Source: Ramazzottius varieornatus
Taxonomy: Eukaryota; Animalia; Tardigrada
DNA: 64,000 nucleotides
Direction of reading: 5' to 3'
NCBI GenBank assembly: GCA_001949185.1
Contig: BDGG01000009.1
Span: 423,624-487,623 of the forward strand
Part shown: piece after piece, positions 13,101-24,343 of the stretch
Layout of the letters: the number at the start of each line of letters is the position of its first letter
How positions within the stretch are numbered: position 1 is the stretch's first letter
The notes under the pieces: generated by a model
Seen by the model: only the letters and a program-made list of their open reading frames with translations
What the model was told of the DNA's origin: nothing
Databases searched by the model: none
Position numbers and translations under genes: made by a program

Positions 13101-16100
13101 CAAGACGCCGAAGCAGCTCGTGAGCGCGCTGACAAGGCCATGCGCGCAGCACAGCAAGAGCTGGAGGATTCACAGCACGAATTGGAGAACTTCCGCACCA
13201 ACTGGGCCAACTTCGACCGGTCAGTAAACATACACGTTTTTATTGGGTAATAGCTGAGAACTTCACAAACAGATTTGACAAGATTGTTTCTCCCAAGTGA
13301 CGCAGGTTGCGAGAGCTTTCCCCTTGAAACGTGCGCCACTTGGAAAAGCAATCTTGCCGAGTCTGAATGCTTTCCTGAGTGGCGCACGTTGTCGATGTTA
13401 TCGGCTGGTTGCGTGCGCCACTGGGAAAGATGGCCTTGTCGAGTCTATCAGCTTACGTTTCATTTCGGCGAAAGAGTTGAAACTGATGTGTTTGTGGTTG
13501 ATTTCAGAAAGCAGCGCAAGTTTGATCAGCTGCTGGCTGAAGAAAAGACCAAGGCTGACAAGTTGGCTGCCGAGAAGGATCAAGCCGAACAGGTAACCCG
13601 CGAGAAGGAGACGCGCATCATCTCGTTGCAACGCGACGTTGACGAGCTACGGGACAGCCTGCAAGAGGTGGAGCGCGTGCGCAAGCAACAACAGAACGAG
13701 CTGGAGTCGCTGTACAATAACAAGGACGCCGCCGGCAAGAGTGTGGTCGAGCTCGATCGCGCCAAGCGCCTGTTGGAGCAACAGCTGGAAGAAATGAAGA
13801 TACTCATCACCGAGCTCGAAGACGAGAACAGCGAGCTGGAGAATACCAAGCTGCGGCTGGAAGTCAACCAGCAGGCGGCCAAGAGCCACTTTGACCGCGA
13901 ACTGCAGGCCAGAGAGGAACAGGCCGAAGATAAACGTAAAGGCCTTATGAAGCAGGTAAGGACGACGAACAGTAACTAGAAACAAAAACCAACATGAAAG
14001 CGTAAAATGAGAAAAACAGGCAAAATCGACAAGTTTTTGTGGCGCACGCTTCCAGTCGGGAACACCGAAATCGTGCGCCACTTGAGCAAGCTCAGTCAGG
14101 TCGTTTTTCCAAGTGGCGCATCTTTTCCAGTCAATAACGTCAATAATAGGTGCGCCGCTTGGGAAAAGAATGTTGTCGTGTAGTTTGCGGAGTTGAGAAT
14201 CATTAAAGATAATGAACTAGGAATAATGTGACCAATTGCAATCAGATGTGGGAGGATGACGACTTGGTGTTGTAGGTGCGAGATCTAGAGATCGAAGTGG
14301 AGCAAGAGAAGAAGGAACGAGCAGCGGCGGTGGCTGGGCGCAAAGCGGTAGAAACGCGCATTGTCGATCTGGAGCAGCAGCTGGACTTGGTGGCTCGGGT
14401 AAGAGACGACTCGGTTCGTCATTTGAAGAAGCTGCAGAATCAGCTGAAGGAAGACCAACGAGAGATTGACGAGCTGAAAGCCCAGAAGGAGCAACTGGCG
14501 TTGGCCTGCAAGGAGATGGAGAAAAAGTACAAGACACTGGAGAACCAGACTGTTCAGTGGCAAGAGGATACCCTCAATGCAGATCGACTACGGAAAAATG
14601 CCGAGAATGAGCGCGACGAGTTGGACGCCCAGTTTCAGAACCTAAAACTCACCAGGTATGTTCGAGCTCACTACGAAGCAGTTCAGCGAAGAGTTATTTG
14701 GTGCTCTGTAACCGATTCTGCCTTCTTCCACGAAAACGTCTGTAGAAAAGCACGGCCATGCTGAAGGCCCTGTCGACGTTCTCGTGGCCTGTCAGGTTTG
14801 TGCCGAGCACCTCCTTGACGGATAATTCGTAGTAACTTAAATAGTTTCGGAAAATGTCGCAGTAGGATTTTGAAGGTTGATTATTCGTGAAGGTGTGACA
14901 GCCTAACATCCATTGTGTCTTTTAGGAGTGCGTGGGTAGAAGAAAAGAAGCGGCTGGAGCTGAAGATTCAAGAGTTGGAGGAGGAGCTGGAAGAAGAGCA
15001 AGGTAGTAATGAGGTGTCAGCCGAGAAGGCAGCTCGCGCCACTGCCGAGAGGGAACGTATGGCCATGGAGTTGAACACTGAGCGTGCCAACGTTCAACGC
15101 TTGGAGAGCGCTCTGGGTCAAGCTGGTCGTGAACTGAAGGACCTCAAGCTCAGGCTGGAAGAGTCCGAAGCCCAAGGCAAAGGCAAGTTTAGGTCGCAGA
15201 TTGCCGCTTTAGAGGCCAACATTCAGAACTTGGAGGCTAACCTGGAAGCGGAAGTGAGGGAGAAGCAGGCCATGCTCAAGGCCAACCGCAAGCTGGATAT
15301 GCGCATCAAGACACTTCAGTCGCAGGTAAGTGCAGAAGTGGGAGACCGGTGAACGAACCATACGGGATCGTTAACTTAAAGTGGCGCACTCTTGTAGCTG
15401 GTGACAATGGAAATGTGCGTCACTTGGTAAATTTGTTGAAACTCGCTTTCAAGTGGCGTAGCGCCTAAGCTTATAGTAATTGAAACGTGCGTCACTTGAA
15501 ATGACGATGTTGGGTTTCGCTTTTCGACCTACCGACCTTCGGAGTTTGTCTACTAGCTGAATAAATACAATACAGATACAAATACTTTTCCACTTGCGAA
15601 TTCGAAAACTAATGTCATGTTGTTGATTGTAGGTGGATGAAGAGCATCGCATGGTGGTGCAACAGCAGGATATGCTGGAGAAGACCAACCAGCGCATCTC
15701 CACTTTGAAGAAAGAGCTGGAGAATACCGAGTTGCAGTACAAGGATGAACGGGCGCTACGACGCAAGACGCAGAGTGATTTGGACGAAGCTAGTGCCGAC
15801 AAGGAACGATTCAACAATGAAGCTACCGCTCTCCGCTCCAAAATCAGGTATATTATTTCTCGACTTCTTTCTCCCTGCAGTCCTACAGAATTGTTTCGAA
15901 CGCTGGGTAATTGAGCCCTTTTTCTACGAAATATCTGTCAAGGTCGTGCTCGGCACCAACTTGACTGGTACTTCTGTAGGAAAAAGGCAAAATGGCTTGA
16001 ACGCGATCGGTTTCCCAAGTGGCGCACACTTCTGGCCAATAATAGTGAAGAGATGCGCCACTTGACACAAAGGTTATGTTCTGTTCATTTGCCGACGTCC

Positions 16101-16319
16101 CGGTTTGGACACTGACGTAAGCTGAGTGCTTTAACATTTCCCTTTTTATACAGAGCCCTAGAGCGAAAGACGGGTGGATCTTCCGGCACATCGCGAGGCT
16201 ATAGTACGAACGGTAGTCGTTCACAGGGGACACCCAATCATGGTGATGGTGAGTCGGGCTCGTTGGGTTCGTCGGTAGTGGACCCGGATGAGTCCATTGA
16301 TGGTGAGAGAGACGATTAA
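4197..16319 (+). CDS. zip: Non-muscle myosin II heavy chain (zipper / MYH9-10-like). Exons: 4197-4541, 5047-5203, 6265-6292, 6568-6688, (6835-6870 candidate cassette), 6968-7060, 7147-7309, 7779-8018, 8086-8357, 8562-8903, 8963-9143, 9394-9877, 10172-10387, 10466-10703, 10942-11364, 11588-11782, 11861-12247, 12529-12690, 12924-13219, 13508-13955, 14276-14655, 14926-15325, 15633-15847, 16154-16319
   Basis: [32 protein letters not shown] microexon, P-loop [53 protein letters not shown] motifs, [12 protein letters not shown], long coiled-coil rod and non-helical tail; all junctions GT-AG and in frame. Confidence 0.97.
5513..5637. repeat. Family A palindromic element, complete monomer (type copy, 125 bp), myosin intron
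   Basis: GGGAGCTCGGCGAACAAACTCGACAAGATTGG...TGTGGCGCAC-N25-GTGCGCCACTTG...CCGATCTTGTCCAGTTTGTTCGTCAAGCTTCCC. Confidence 0.9.
6305..6506. repeat. Family A dimer, myosin intron 6293-6567
   Basis: Two core pairs, each with a 25-nt spacer, joined by a ~33-nt linker; GGG...CCC termini. Confidence 0.88.
7382..7578. mobile_element. TA-flanked MITE with ~46-bp TIRs (CACGCAGGACGAGAAATTATGGTAC...), myosin intron
   Basis: Near-perfect inverted arms; TA at 7380-81 and 7579-80. Confidence 0.85.
9935..10140. repeat. Family A dimer, myosin intron 9878-10171
   Basis: Two core pairs, 32-nt linker, right end GAGCTTCCC. Confidence 0.85.
12790..12865. repeat. Family B short palindromic element, myosin intron
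   Basis: CCCTTCTTCTACGG...CCGTGGAGAAAGG; internal GCTGAGCACGGCCTTGAC shared with the copies at ~14780-14835 and 15915-15988. Confidence 0.65.
13255..13475. repeat. Family A dimer, myosin intron 13220-13507
   Basis: Two core pairs with 25-nt spacer and 33-nt linker. Confidence 0.85.
15915..15988. repeat. Family B short palindromic element, followed by a family A copy (~15985-16101)
   Basis: GCCCTTTTTCTACG...TGTAGGAAAAAGGC. Confidence 0.7.
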
Positions 16320-16425
16320 GTTTCGCCTGAAGACTTCCGCTTCGCCTTTGTAAGCTTTCAAGCAGGACGTGGACAATACAGAGTCACGGCGCTACCTTGT
16401 TTGCTTCCTTTTTTTATTCCATAGT

Positions 16426-16548
16426 GTTCGCGGATAACCAGAATATTGGTGGTAACTTTTTATTCCTGATTTTTCCCTTCCTTTTTCTAGCCTTTGTAGT
16501 GCGACGGTCTTGAAGAGAAATCCATTGGTGCAGCTTTGCAAAGCCAGT
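16426..16548 (+). repeat. ~125-bp element in the myosin 3' UTR region, shared with 24108-24249
   Basis: Aligns by eye to the reverse complement of 24108-24249 (ATAACCA..TGGTGGTAAC.TTTTATT.CTGAT...CTAGCC...CGGTCTTGAAGAGA...TTTGCAA). Confidence 0.8.
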
Positions 16549-16912
16549 AGTGACCAAGTTTGAAATGCATACGTCTGTTATCTGTTTTTCATCATGTTGA
16601 TGCCTTCTAGTTATTATAGCACACATCTACACCTATATATCGTTTTACCGACTTTTACGATAAATTTAACATTCCTTATGGCCGAAGATTTTGGATTATT
16701 TTAGAGAGCTGATTCCTTAGGAGTGCTGGTTTCAGGTTGCTGGGCAGATGAAGAGGTGGTACCGCTAGTCGTTCGATGCTTGTCCCATGGTCCTCTGCGT
16801 ATAGTTAGAACTCGCCTTGCTTCGTGACGTCCATTTGTCCGGAATCTTGATTGCTGAAGAACTGATCGGTGTCTCCCACCTGTTTCTTGCTCGAGTAACC
16901 GTTACCCGGAAG

Positions 16913-18858
16913 ATGGAGCAAGGTGATGCTACCATTCGACCTCAACACTTTTACTTGGCTGACAAGCGGATGGAAAAAGAAGCTCTTACAACATCTGAAA
17001 GTGGAGATACAGGAAAGCAACCGTCAGAATTCGATCAGATCTTTGGGGAAGACCCACTAGACTTCCTGATGTCACCGTTTGCCATGTCCATCTATGAAGC
17101 GGAAACGCATCGCGCAGAGATCGAGCGACATGGGAAGGTAGCAAAGAAGTACATCCCGCCACCACAGAGTTTCACATTTGACGAGCTATACGAAAGAGTA
17201 TCCGAACAGTGGACCGAGCGGACATGTAAGTAAAAAGGTCTATTTAGTCGGTTGGGAGCTAGGCACACATACTGCGCCAGATCGCTTTCCCGCTCGCGCA
17301 AGTTGCCTGTGCTATGGGCTGTAAACGTGCGCCGAATTGGAAAACCGATCTTGTCGAGTGTTTCCAACTGGCGCACGCTTGCATTCACCAACACTGATAA
17401 CGTGCGCAACTTAAGAATGCAATCTTGTCGATTTTGTTTGCCTTGTTCCTAGTTTCGGAAGAGTGCAACGTAGTTTAACTAGTAAGTATCACTTTTTGTC
17501 TTCCAGGTCCTGCGGAACATTACTTTAGAAAGTTTCTGAACGCTCACGTCAAGAACGCTGTCGATCATACTTTCAAGGAAGCAGAGAGCCAGCGTATTGC
17601 TGATGACCATGTGCGTAAGTAAACCGTTAAAATTCAACGTTCTTTCGCAGCTGCAATTGTTACGTTTTGTTCACTTCTCTGATGAGCTTCCTGTCTGAAA
17701 ATCTAGCGTACCTTCAAGCTCTTCTGTCCATTGGATCACATCGCCAAACATCTCTGGAAGTATGTACGAGTTTGCAACCTCAACAACCCGAAAGTATATT
17801 CCAGTCTCATGGCTGTCAATTTATTGACAGGAATAATCCGCGACATCCCGAACGACTCGGTATGGACGATCAAGAAATACCGATGTTCAAGGAGTACTTC
17901 GACCATTTGTAAGTTTTCACTCTCATACATCTACTGATCACCCGGAAATCCATCTGAATCTGTGGCTGTAGCCCGCGTCCTCAGCCTGCACTTTACCTGA
18001 TGTACACCAATGAGCAGGCGGCTCTAGTTATTCAGAAACACTGGAAAGGGACTTTGGTAAGAACCTACACTGGACGTTGGCAAACCAGATCACCCAGGTT
18101 GTTCACCCAAGTGGCGCATGCTCTCAGTCGATAACAATGTAAACGAGCACCACCTGTAACCACGGTCTGGGTGGAATCATTTGCCGACGCCTACATGCTT
18201 TAGCATCTGGCATGGTTGTCACAGTTTCGTGGCGAGTGTTGGAACCTCCATACTTTGGCTACAGACTCGGCGACGTCCAGAGATCAGAGCCTTGAGGAAG
18301 CACATCGCGGCAGCACGTATACAATACTGTGATCCGCGAAAACTGGTCGAAGACCTGTGGAACCGCAAAATTCCCGCTTTACACCTTGGCGATGAACACA
18401 GCACAAACAAGCTAACTCATGACGAAAAGACGCACTTGAAACCCCTTTCTCTTCGAGCGAACTCAGAAGGGAAGCCTCCGGCTCTTCCGGCTTTTCTGAA
18501 CGAAGCGAAGCAACTAGCCGAAGAGGCATTCAGAAAAGCGGAAGACACCTGCGATCACCGGTTACCTTCGCAGAGCGATTCTGAAACGGAAGAGAAAGAT
18601 AAAGCGAAGTTTGACGGCGAGAAGGCTCCTTTGGATGGGTCTTCGTTATCGAACCAGGAGAAGCCAGAAGAAGGTACGAATCCAGGCCACGCAGCCGGAA
18701 GTACGACGCCCGGAGGTACCAGAAAGTCTCTTTTACAAGGGGCAGCGGCTGCAACGACAGCTCTTTTTACTCCCCTACCGGAACTGAAGGCTACTAAAGA
18801 TAGACAAGCTGATGCAATCGGCAAGAAGCCATCCAAGCTGAATAAATTAGCGAAATAG
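16913..18858 (+). CDS. IQCK: IQ motif-containing protein K (IQCK)-like, ~6 exons; start codon uncertain
   Basis: Spliced product CPAEHYF...FCPLDHIAKHLWKNNPRH...IPMFKEYF..PRPQPALYL..EQAALVIQKHWKG..RRRPEIRALR follows the IQCK layout. Confidence 0.75.
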
Positions 18859-18883
18859 CTGTTACGGTCCTTGAAAATTCTCT

Positions 18884-19006
18884 GGGAGATGGGCAAATGA
18901 ACGGAACCAGATCGCTATCTCAGGTAGCGCACGTTTTCGTTTTTAGTAGATGAAGGTGGGCGCCGCTCGTGAAATCGGTCTGGGTCAGTTCATTTGCCCA
19001 CTTCCC
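18884..19006. repeat. Family A monomer ~25 nt after the IQCK stop codon
   Basis: GGGAGATGGGCAAATGAAC...GTTCATTTGCCCACTTCCC with degenerate core. Confidence 0.85.
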
Positions 19007-19961
19007 ATCCACAAAGTGTAAGTAAATACGGCCCAGTGTACTCGGTACTCGAGCAGCGCGATGCAAAAATGCAAAAAGACAAGAATGCCAAAATAAACGA
19101 TAAAGAGTTCTGCGGAAATATCTCTTTCGCGTTGAAAAAATTCCTCTTGTGTGCACATAACACCATACTTCGATATCATCATTCATTAGTAAAGGTTGGA
19201 CGTTCGACAAACTCTTCCGGATCGTCATCTTCCTCACACACCGACTTGTAGAAACCATGAGGGAAACAGAAATCAGAGCCTTAAAAGACGATCTTCACGG
19301 GTCTCGGCCAACGCCGCTCCCCGTCAAACATGCTTTCCTCTTTCGCGTCAGAGGTGCCAATGAGAAGTCCAACCAAGATGATTCTATCGAACTGACTTCT
19401 TTCCAGAAAATTTTCAAACAGCTCTGCTTCTATCAATATTGGAAAAATATCGTGTACGTCGATTTTATGGTTGGCGTCGAGTCTCAGTATTGAGCGAGGC
19501 ACTTCGTGCAAAACGATTCGGTGCCTTCGCGTATGCGGCGCACCCGTTTCTTGAAGTTTACTGTATGCTATCCCGAAATTCACGTACGTCACTGTTATGG
19601 CCACCGTATGAGAACTCTTTCTCTAGTTCTACACTCTGAATGGAGTGACGTACGTGAATTTCGGGAGAGTATACAGTAATGTTATGTTATCGTTTATTAC
19701 AGGACGTAACATACCATTTCTGTCGTGTCATTAGGAATCTAAGGACTAAGAAGTCAGAATGTCTAAGGTTCTTCTTCCAGCTTTCTTCATTCTTTCGACT
19801 ACCAAGGATCATCATCGTCTGTCTAATCGAGATTGTCTTGATAATTTGTGGAACTTCTTTCCTGGTATTGTTGTTAGGATCAGTCGCTGCGTGTGGCCGT
19901 GAGGAGAGTTGCTTGGAGCATCGCAGAATCCCAGCTGTAGACTGTGAGTCTGTGACTGAAG

Positions 19962-21673
19962 ATGGACGAGCAAGAAGAGTCGAATGGAAGCGAGCGTGCC
20001 AACGGGGAATTATCTGAAGATCAAGGCGTTGAAGAAGTAGAGTTGGACGAGAGCGTGACGCACAGAGAGCCGAGCTACAGCAATTCTACGACGTTTGGAG
20101 GGTAATCATAACTGATAACAGCTCACCTTCGTCAGCAAAATTGGCTATTAGGAGCCCAGTGTGACTTATTTTCTTCCCGTTTTAGGTTGCTTCCAGATGG
20201 GACAGGCACTACCGTGGAGGGATATGAAGCTGTGAACAAAGGACTCAACAAATTCATGCAGCCCAAATACTTCGCGATGCTCCTGTTTGCGGCTGCGGAA
20301 GGAAAGATGCCATGGTACAGCATGATCCTAATTTAGTGACGAACTGTACTGTCAATATGTCTAATCTTACCAGTGACACGGTTTTATGTGTTCTGTGAGA
20401 TAGACTGCGTATAGGTACGTACAGAAATGTCAGTGGGGAGGGTTTTATTTACTTTTAGGATCTCGGAATTTGTACCGCAAAAGATCATGTGCAACTGCGT
20501 GTTCGTCATCGACCTCAAGAAGCTCGAGTCAGAGAACGCACTTTTCAAAGACGGACTGGGCTCCTGGATTCAAAACTGCGGGAAAGTAATGAACTATTTC
20601 CTGATGGAGGAAGGCTTTGTTATAAGGGTAAGTTTAGCTACCATGGTGCAGTAATCCATCGAGAACGAATGACTGAATCCACAGGAAGTCAAAGCAGGGA
20701 CTCATCCCGACCAAGCCGTCGAATTCATCAGGCGGATCGACAAAAACGCCAGCTGCCCGGCCTACACCCGAGTTACCGTCGTCTGTTCCCAGCTGGGCCT
20801 CGCAGCACTACAGTACTTCTTCAAAGGACAGAAAGAACAAACCTTCCCCATCAGCTATTCAAGACCTCCGAAGAAAGTCCCTGCCAATTCCGACTCTAGC
20901 GTGGCGGACGACTCACCGCCACAGCAAAACGGGACCGCTGGAATGAGAAACCAAACCAGGTACGTTGTTTCAAGAGGAAGCGATCATTTAGGAACTGGGC
21001 AAACTGAACGTAGAAAATCGGTTGTCTGAGTGGCGCACGCTTCTAGCCAGTAACACTGAAAACGTGTGCCACTTGGGAAAACACTCCAACTCGACAAGAT
21101 CGTTCTACTTAGTGACGCACGGTTTCAGCCTATAACAACGGAAACATGCGCCACTTGAAACGCGCCATATTGTACGTTTTGCTTGCCCAGCTGAGCCAGC
21201 TCTCACTTGTGGTCCGTTTCTGATGAACTTTGTCCAGGTCGAGGAAGAGGCGGTTAGACGAAGTGGACGGAGACATGTGTCGCTTTGCCAACTCAGCTTC
21301 TGGCCGCGTTCCTGTGATGCCTCGGAATAGCCAAACCACGACTGGTGCTCAAAGACCTCAGTGGACGGGAGGGTTCGTACAACATAAGGAGGAAATCTCT
21401 GCTTCGAACTTGATCCTGTACCTTCGGGAACACATTAGGACAGAGAGAGACGATAGGAACGAAGAGCGAAGGCTCCGAAGGGAGGAAATGGAGTCTCGGC
21501 GGCAGGAAAGACTGCGCGATGAGCTGTACCGGAAAGATGATCTCGCTCTTCGAAGGCAAGAGCTGGACCTGCAAAAAGCGCGGCTCGAGCTCGAGCAGCA
21601 GAAGTGGGAGGTTGATCGAAAAGAAAAGGAAGTGATATTAGGCTTTCTGATGAGAAAACTCACCGAATCCTAA
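19962..21673 (+). CDS. Uncharacterised protein, family member 1: acidic N-terminus, putative CG-1-like DNA-binding domain, NLS-like RKRR, C-terminal charged coiled coil; 5 exons
   Basis: Exons splice in frame; paralogous to 30426-32599 (PQK..N..F..DL.KL....DGLG.W.QNCGK..NYF; F.RR.D.N..C.AY.RV.V.C...GLA...YFFKG; RREE.E...LEQQ.WE.DRKEKE). Confidence 0.75.
20990..21192. repeat. Family A dimer in intron 20960-21237
   Basis: Two core pairs, 25-nt spacer and 33-nt linker. Confidence 0.85.
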
Positions 21674-22365
21674 AACCACTTTTTGCCCTTCTGATTTGTT
21701 GCTCTTCATTTCTTTCAACTGACAGCGTACTAAGCGTAGTTTTGAATTTCATTATATCGATCGAAAGCACCTCTCATCGTTATTATTGTAGTCTTCAGAA
21801 ATCGTAGCGGTACTTTTACTTATACAATCAAGAAAATGTGCAGCATCGAGTCGAGAAACGAAGAGATATGAATCCGGCGGACCGGAAGAATATACTGTAC
21901 TCGTACACGTACTGTATTAGCCAGCTGGAACAGAAGAAATTGGGGCGCGCTGTCACCTTCAAAGCCGCGGTGGCCTCACATACCAGCGAGGAACCGTACA
22001 TGGTTGGATATTTGATTAATCTCCACTACCTTGCTTGGCGAAGATATTTGGCACGGATGTATTATTATCAGTTTATTACAAGGGTATTTTAAACGAGTTA
22101 TTATGACAAGACCATCTTGTGGTCTACACCAAGCGTTTGAAGCTCAAGAAAAAAAGCAAGCTGCAGGGTCGAAGATGGCTCCACTCCACCCCTTCCAAAT
22201 CTATTTCCTCATTCTTCAAGCCATGGAAGATCGGCTCATTCCTACAAAACAACGACAGAGCGTAATCTTCCCCTTGAAATGTCAGTGGGGTTTCTTAAGA
22301 AATGAATACCAGACGTAGAATTCGTTGCAGAGACATGTGCCGGTTTTACAGTTGTGTCAAATAGA

Positions 22366-23175
22366 TCACCACAATACCCTATTGTATAGTGTATACCTGG
22401 TCAGCTCTTTCTTCCACCTTTCTGTAGCGGCTTCGGGCAGTTGAGCAGCTTTTCGAGACAGCATATCGAGCAGGGACTGAGGCAAGGTTGGGAAAGTCTG
22501 GTTGAGCTCTTGTACCATGTACTTTTCGAGCTCTTCTGGACCCATGCCCAGCCGTAGGATCCGTAGAGAAACGTGACTCCAGGCGGGACATTCCATGGGT
22601 AGAAGCTCGAATTCACAATCTGGATACCCGCTGGGCATGTTGAAGAAGCTGACAAAATGACCGATCAAGTCAAAACGGCATCTTCGGAAAGCAATGGTGG
22701 AAATCGGTATGTATGGGGCACCAGATATGCCCCCGAGTTGTTCGATAACCGATAGGTTGCGAATCCCATCCGCTCCTGAGAAATTGTCCAACAGAAGGTA
22801 GGACACATTGTCACCAATACGCCTACCGACTATATCTTCTTTGGCGACGGTCACCATCATAATGAGAAAGAACCAAGTTGTCATTGATTCAAGCAAAGTA
22901 TAGTTGTTGGTGCATTCGATCCAGTTGAGTTGTAACACTTTTGTATGAGAGGTCACCGCTTGAGCGAGCCGAGAAAGGAGCCAGTTCAGTGCGTCCAGAA
23001 TTGCCGATGGTTGGCGAGCAGCCATGTCCCATCGGAGTTTTAAGGCAGGAAACGACTCAAAACGGAAATGTGGATCGAATCCTGCCATGTATATCGGAAC
23101 GTCCATACGGACAACGCCTTGCAAATAAATGGTAGACAGCTCTCGAAGCCATTCCCGTGACACCCTGGAAGTCAA
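22366..23175 (-). CDS. Uncharacterised protein (~250-270 aa open frame; start uncertain)
   Basis: Long stop-free frame with globular composition; no family recognised. Confidence 0.5.
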   Translation of the reverse strand: MTSRVSREWLRELSTIYLQGVVRMDVPIYMAGFDPHFRFESFPALKLRWDMAARQPSAILDALNWLLSRLAQAVTSHTKVLQLNWIECTNNYTLLESMTTWFFLIMMVTVAKEDIVGRRIGDNVSYLLLDNFSGADGIRNLSVIEQLGGISGAPYIPISTIAFRRCRFDLIGHFVSFFNMPSGYPDCEFELLPMECPAWSHVSLRILRLGMGPEELEKYMVQELNQTFPTLPQSLLDMLSRKAAQLPEAATERWKKELTRYTLYNRVLW

Positions 23176-24107
23176 ATCAGCCGTAACTTCTTATACAGCA
23201 GTATGCTGCTAAAGGAGCTCTGTCTGCTGCACACAGTACGCAGTGTCGAACAAATTACTGGTATAATCCCGTAATGCCAGTAGCGGAGAGACCCCCTCTA
23301 GTCTCTCCGCTACTGGCAGTAGCAAGTACCTCGTACCGCTTCTGCGATACTTGTAGATTAGCTCGTACTAGAAAAGTTTTGAAAAATGAAATTATTTTCC
23401 GCTCGCGCGCGCGTTACTTTGGGAAACCTGATGACGGTAAACAACACACACATGTAGGAAAATTATGGTTTGATCAGAATCATACAAAGAACGAATAGCC
23501 TACCGACGCAAGCGCTGTCGATGCGAGATCTCAAGCTCATAAAAGATCTCCAGCAAAAGTCCCACTGGCAGATGAATAATTCCATAGGTATGATGAGGCT
23601 CATCTTGTCGAGGTGATAAACCTAACAGAGAATTTTGAGAGCAGTCTTTCACTGCCATCTTGAAACTTGCAATTGATTACTGCCAAGTAAAAATCAGCCC
23701 AAAGCAATATCATGTCTCCATGCAAGCGATGTTCAGCTCAAATCCATTTGCTGACCCTATACACTTTGTTCCTCTCTGTTGAAGTATGGAGAGAAAATGT
23801 ATGAGTAAAGAAGAGATAGGAGACTGTGCAACAAGGCGAGAGGGAATGGCAGCTTCACCGGCACCACAGTGCACCGATACACCCGATACACATTAAGCGT
23901 TGCTTAATAGGGAAAGGACGAACGGGTTGCAAAGAAAAAAGATGAGATGAGTTTAAGGTCTCTATCTCACACTTCGTGAACTGTCGAGTGACCACTCAGT
24001 CTGACTCAGAGTGGCTTGGCTACTCTGACTACTCTCTCCTTCTTGAGCGGCGATTGTGCCCTCCGTCAGGACAAAATAGAGGGGAAGTTGCTCTTGCCTG
24101 AGAGTTT

Positions 24108-24249
24108 ACCAGCCTTGCAAAACTGCATCTGTGCTTCTCTGCATCTGTGGTTCTCTCTTCAAGACCGCACCACAACGGCTAGAGAAAAAGAGAAAAAGAA
24201 GAGAAAGATCAGTAATAAAACGTTACCACCAGTAATTTGGTTATGGAAC
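24108..24249 (-). repeat. Copy of the myosin 3' UTR element in the 3' UTR region of the minus-strand low-complexity gene
   Basis: Reverse complement aligns to 16426-16548; contains an internal CTGCATCTGTG duplication. Confidence 0.8.
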
Positions 24250-24343
24250 AAAGGCGGCGAACAAGATGGCGTATTGCTAACGTCACGTAAAAGCTTAAGA
24301 AACGCGAGCAAAAAGTTTAGCCGTCTATCTCACCATCCAAGGA

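Noticed and set aside
10938-13882. Ser/Leu-rich antisense ORFs over the myosin rod
   Set aside because: Shadow frames of coiled-coil codons
19180-19604. Minus-strand frame continuing past one stop codon (possible pseudogene)
   Set aside because: No recognisable homology or supportable exon structure
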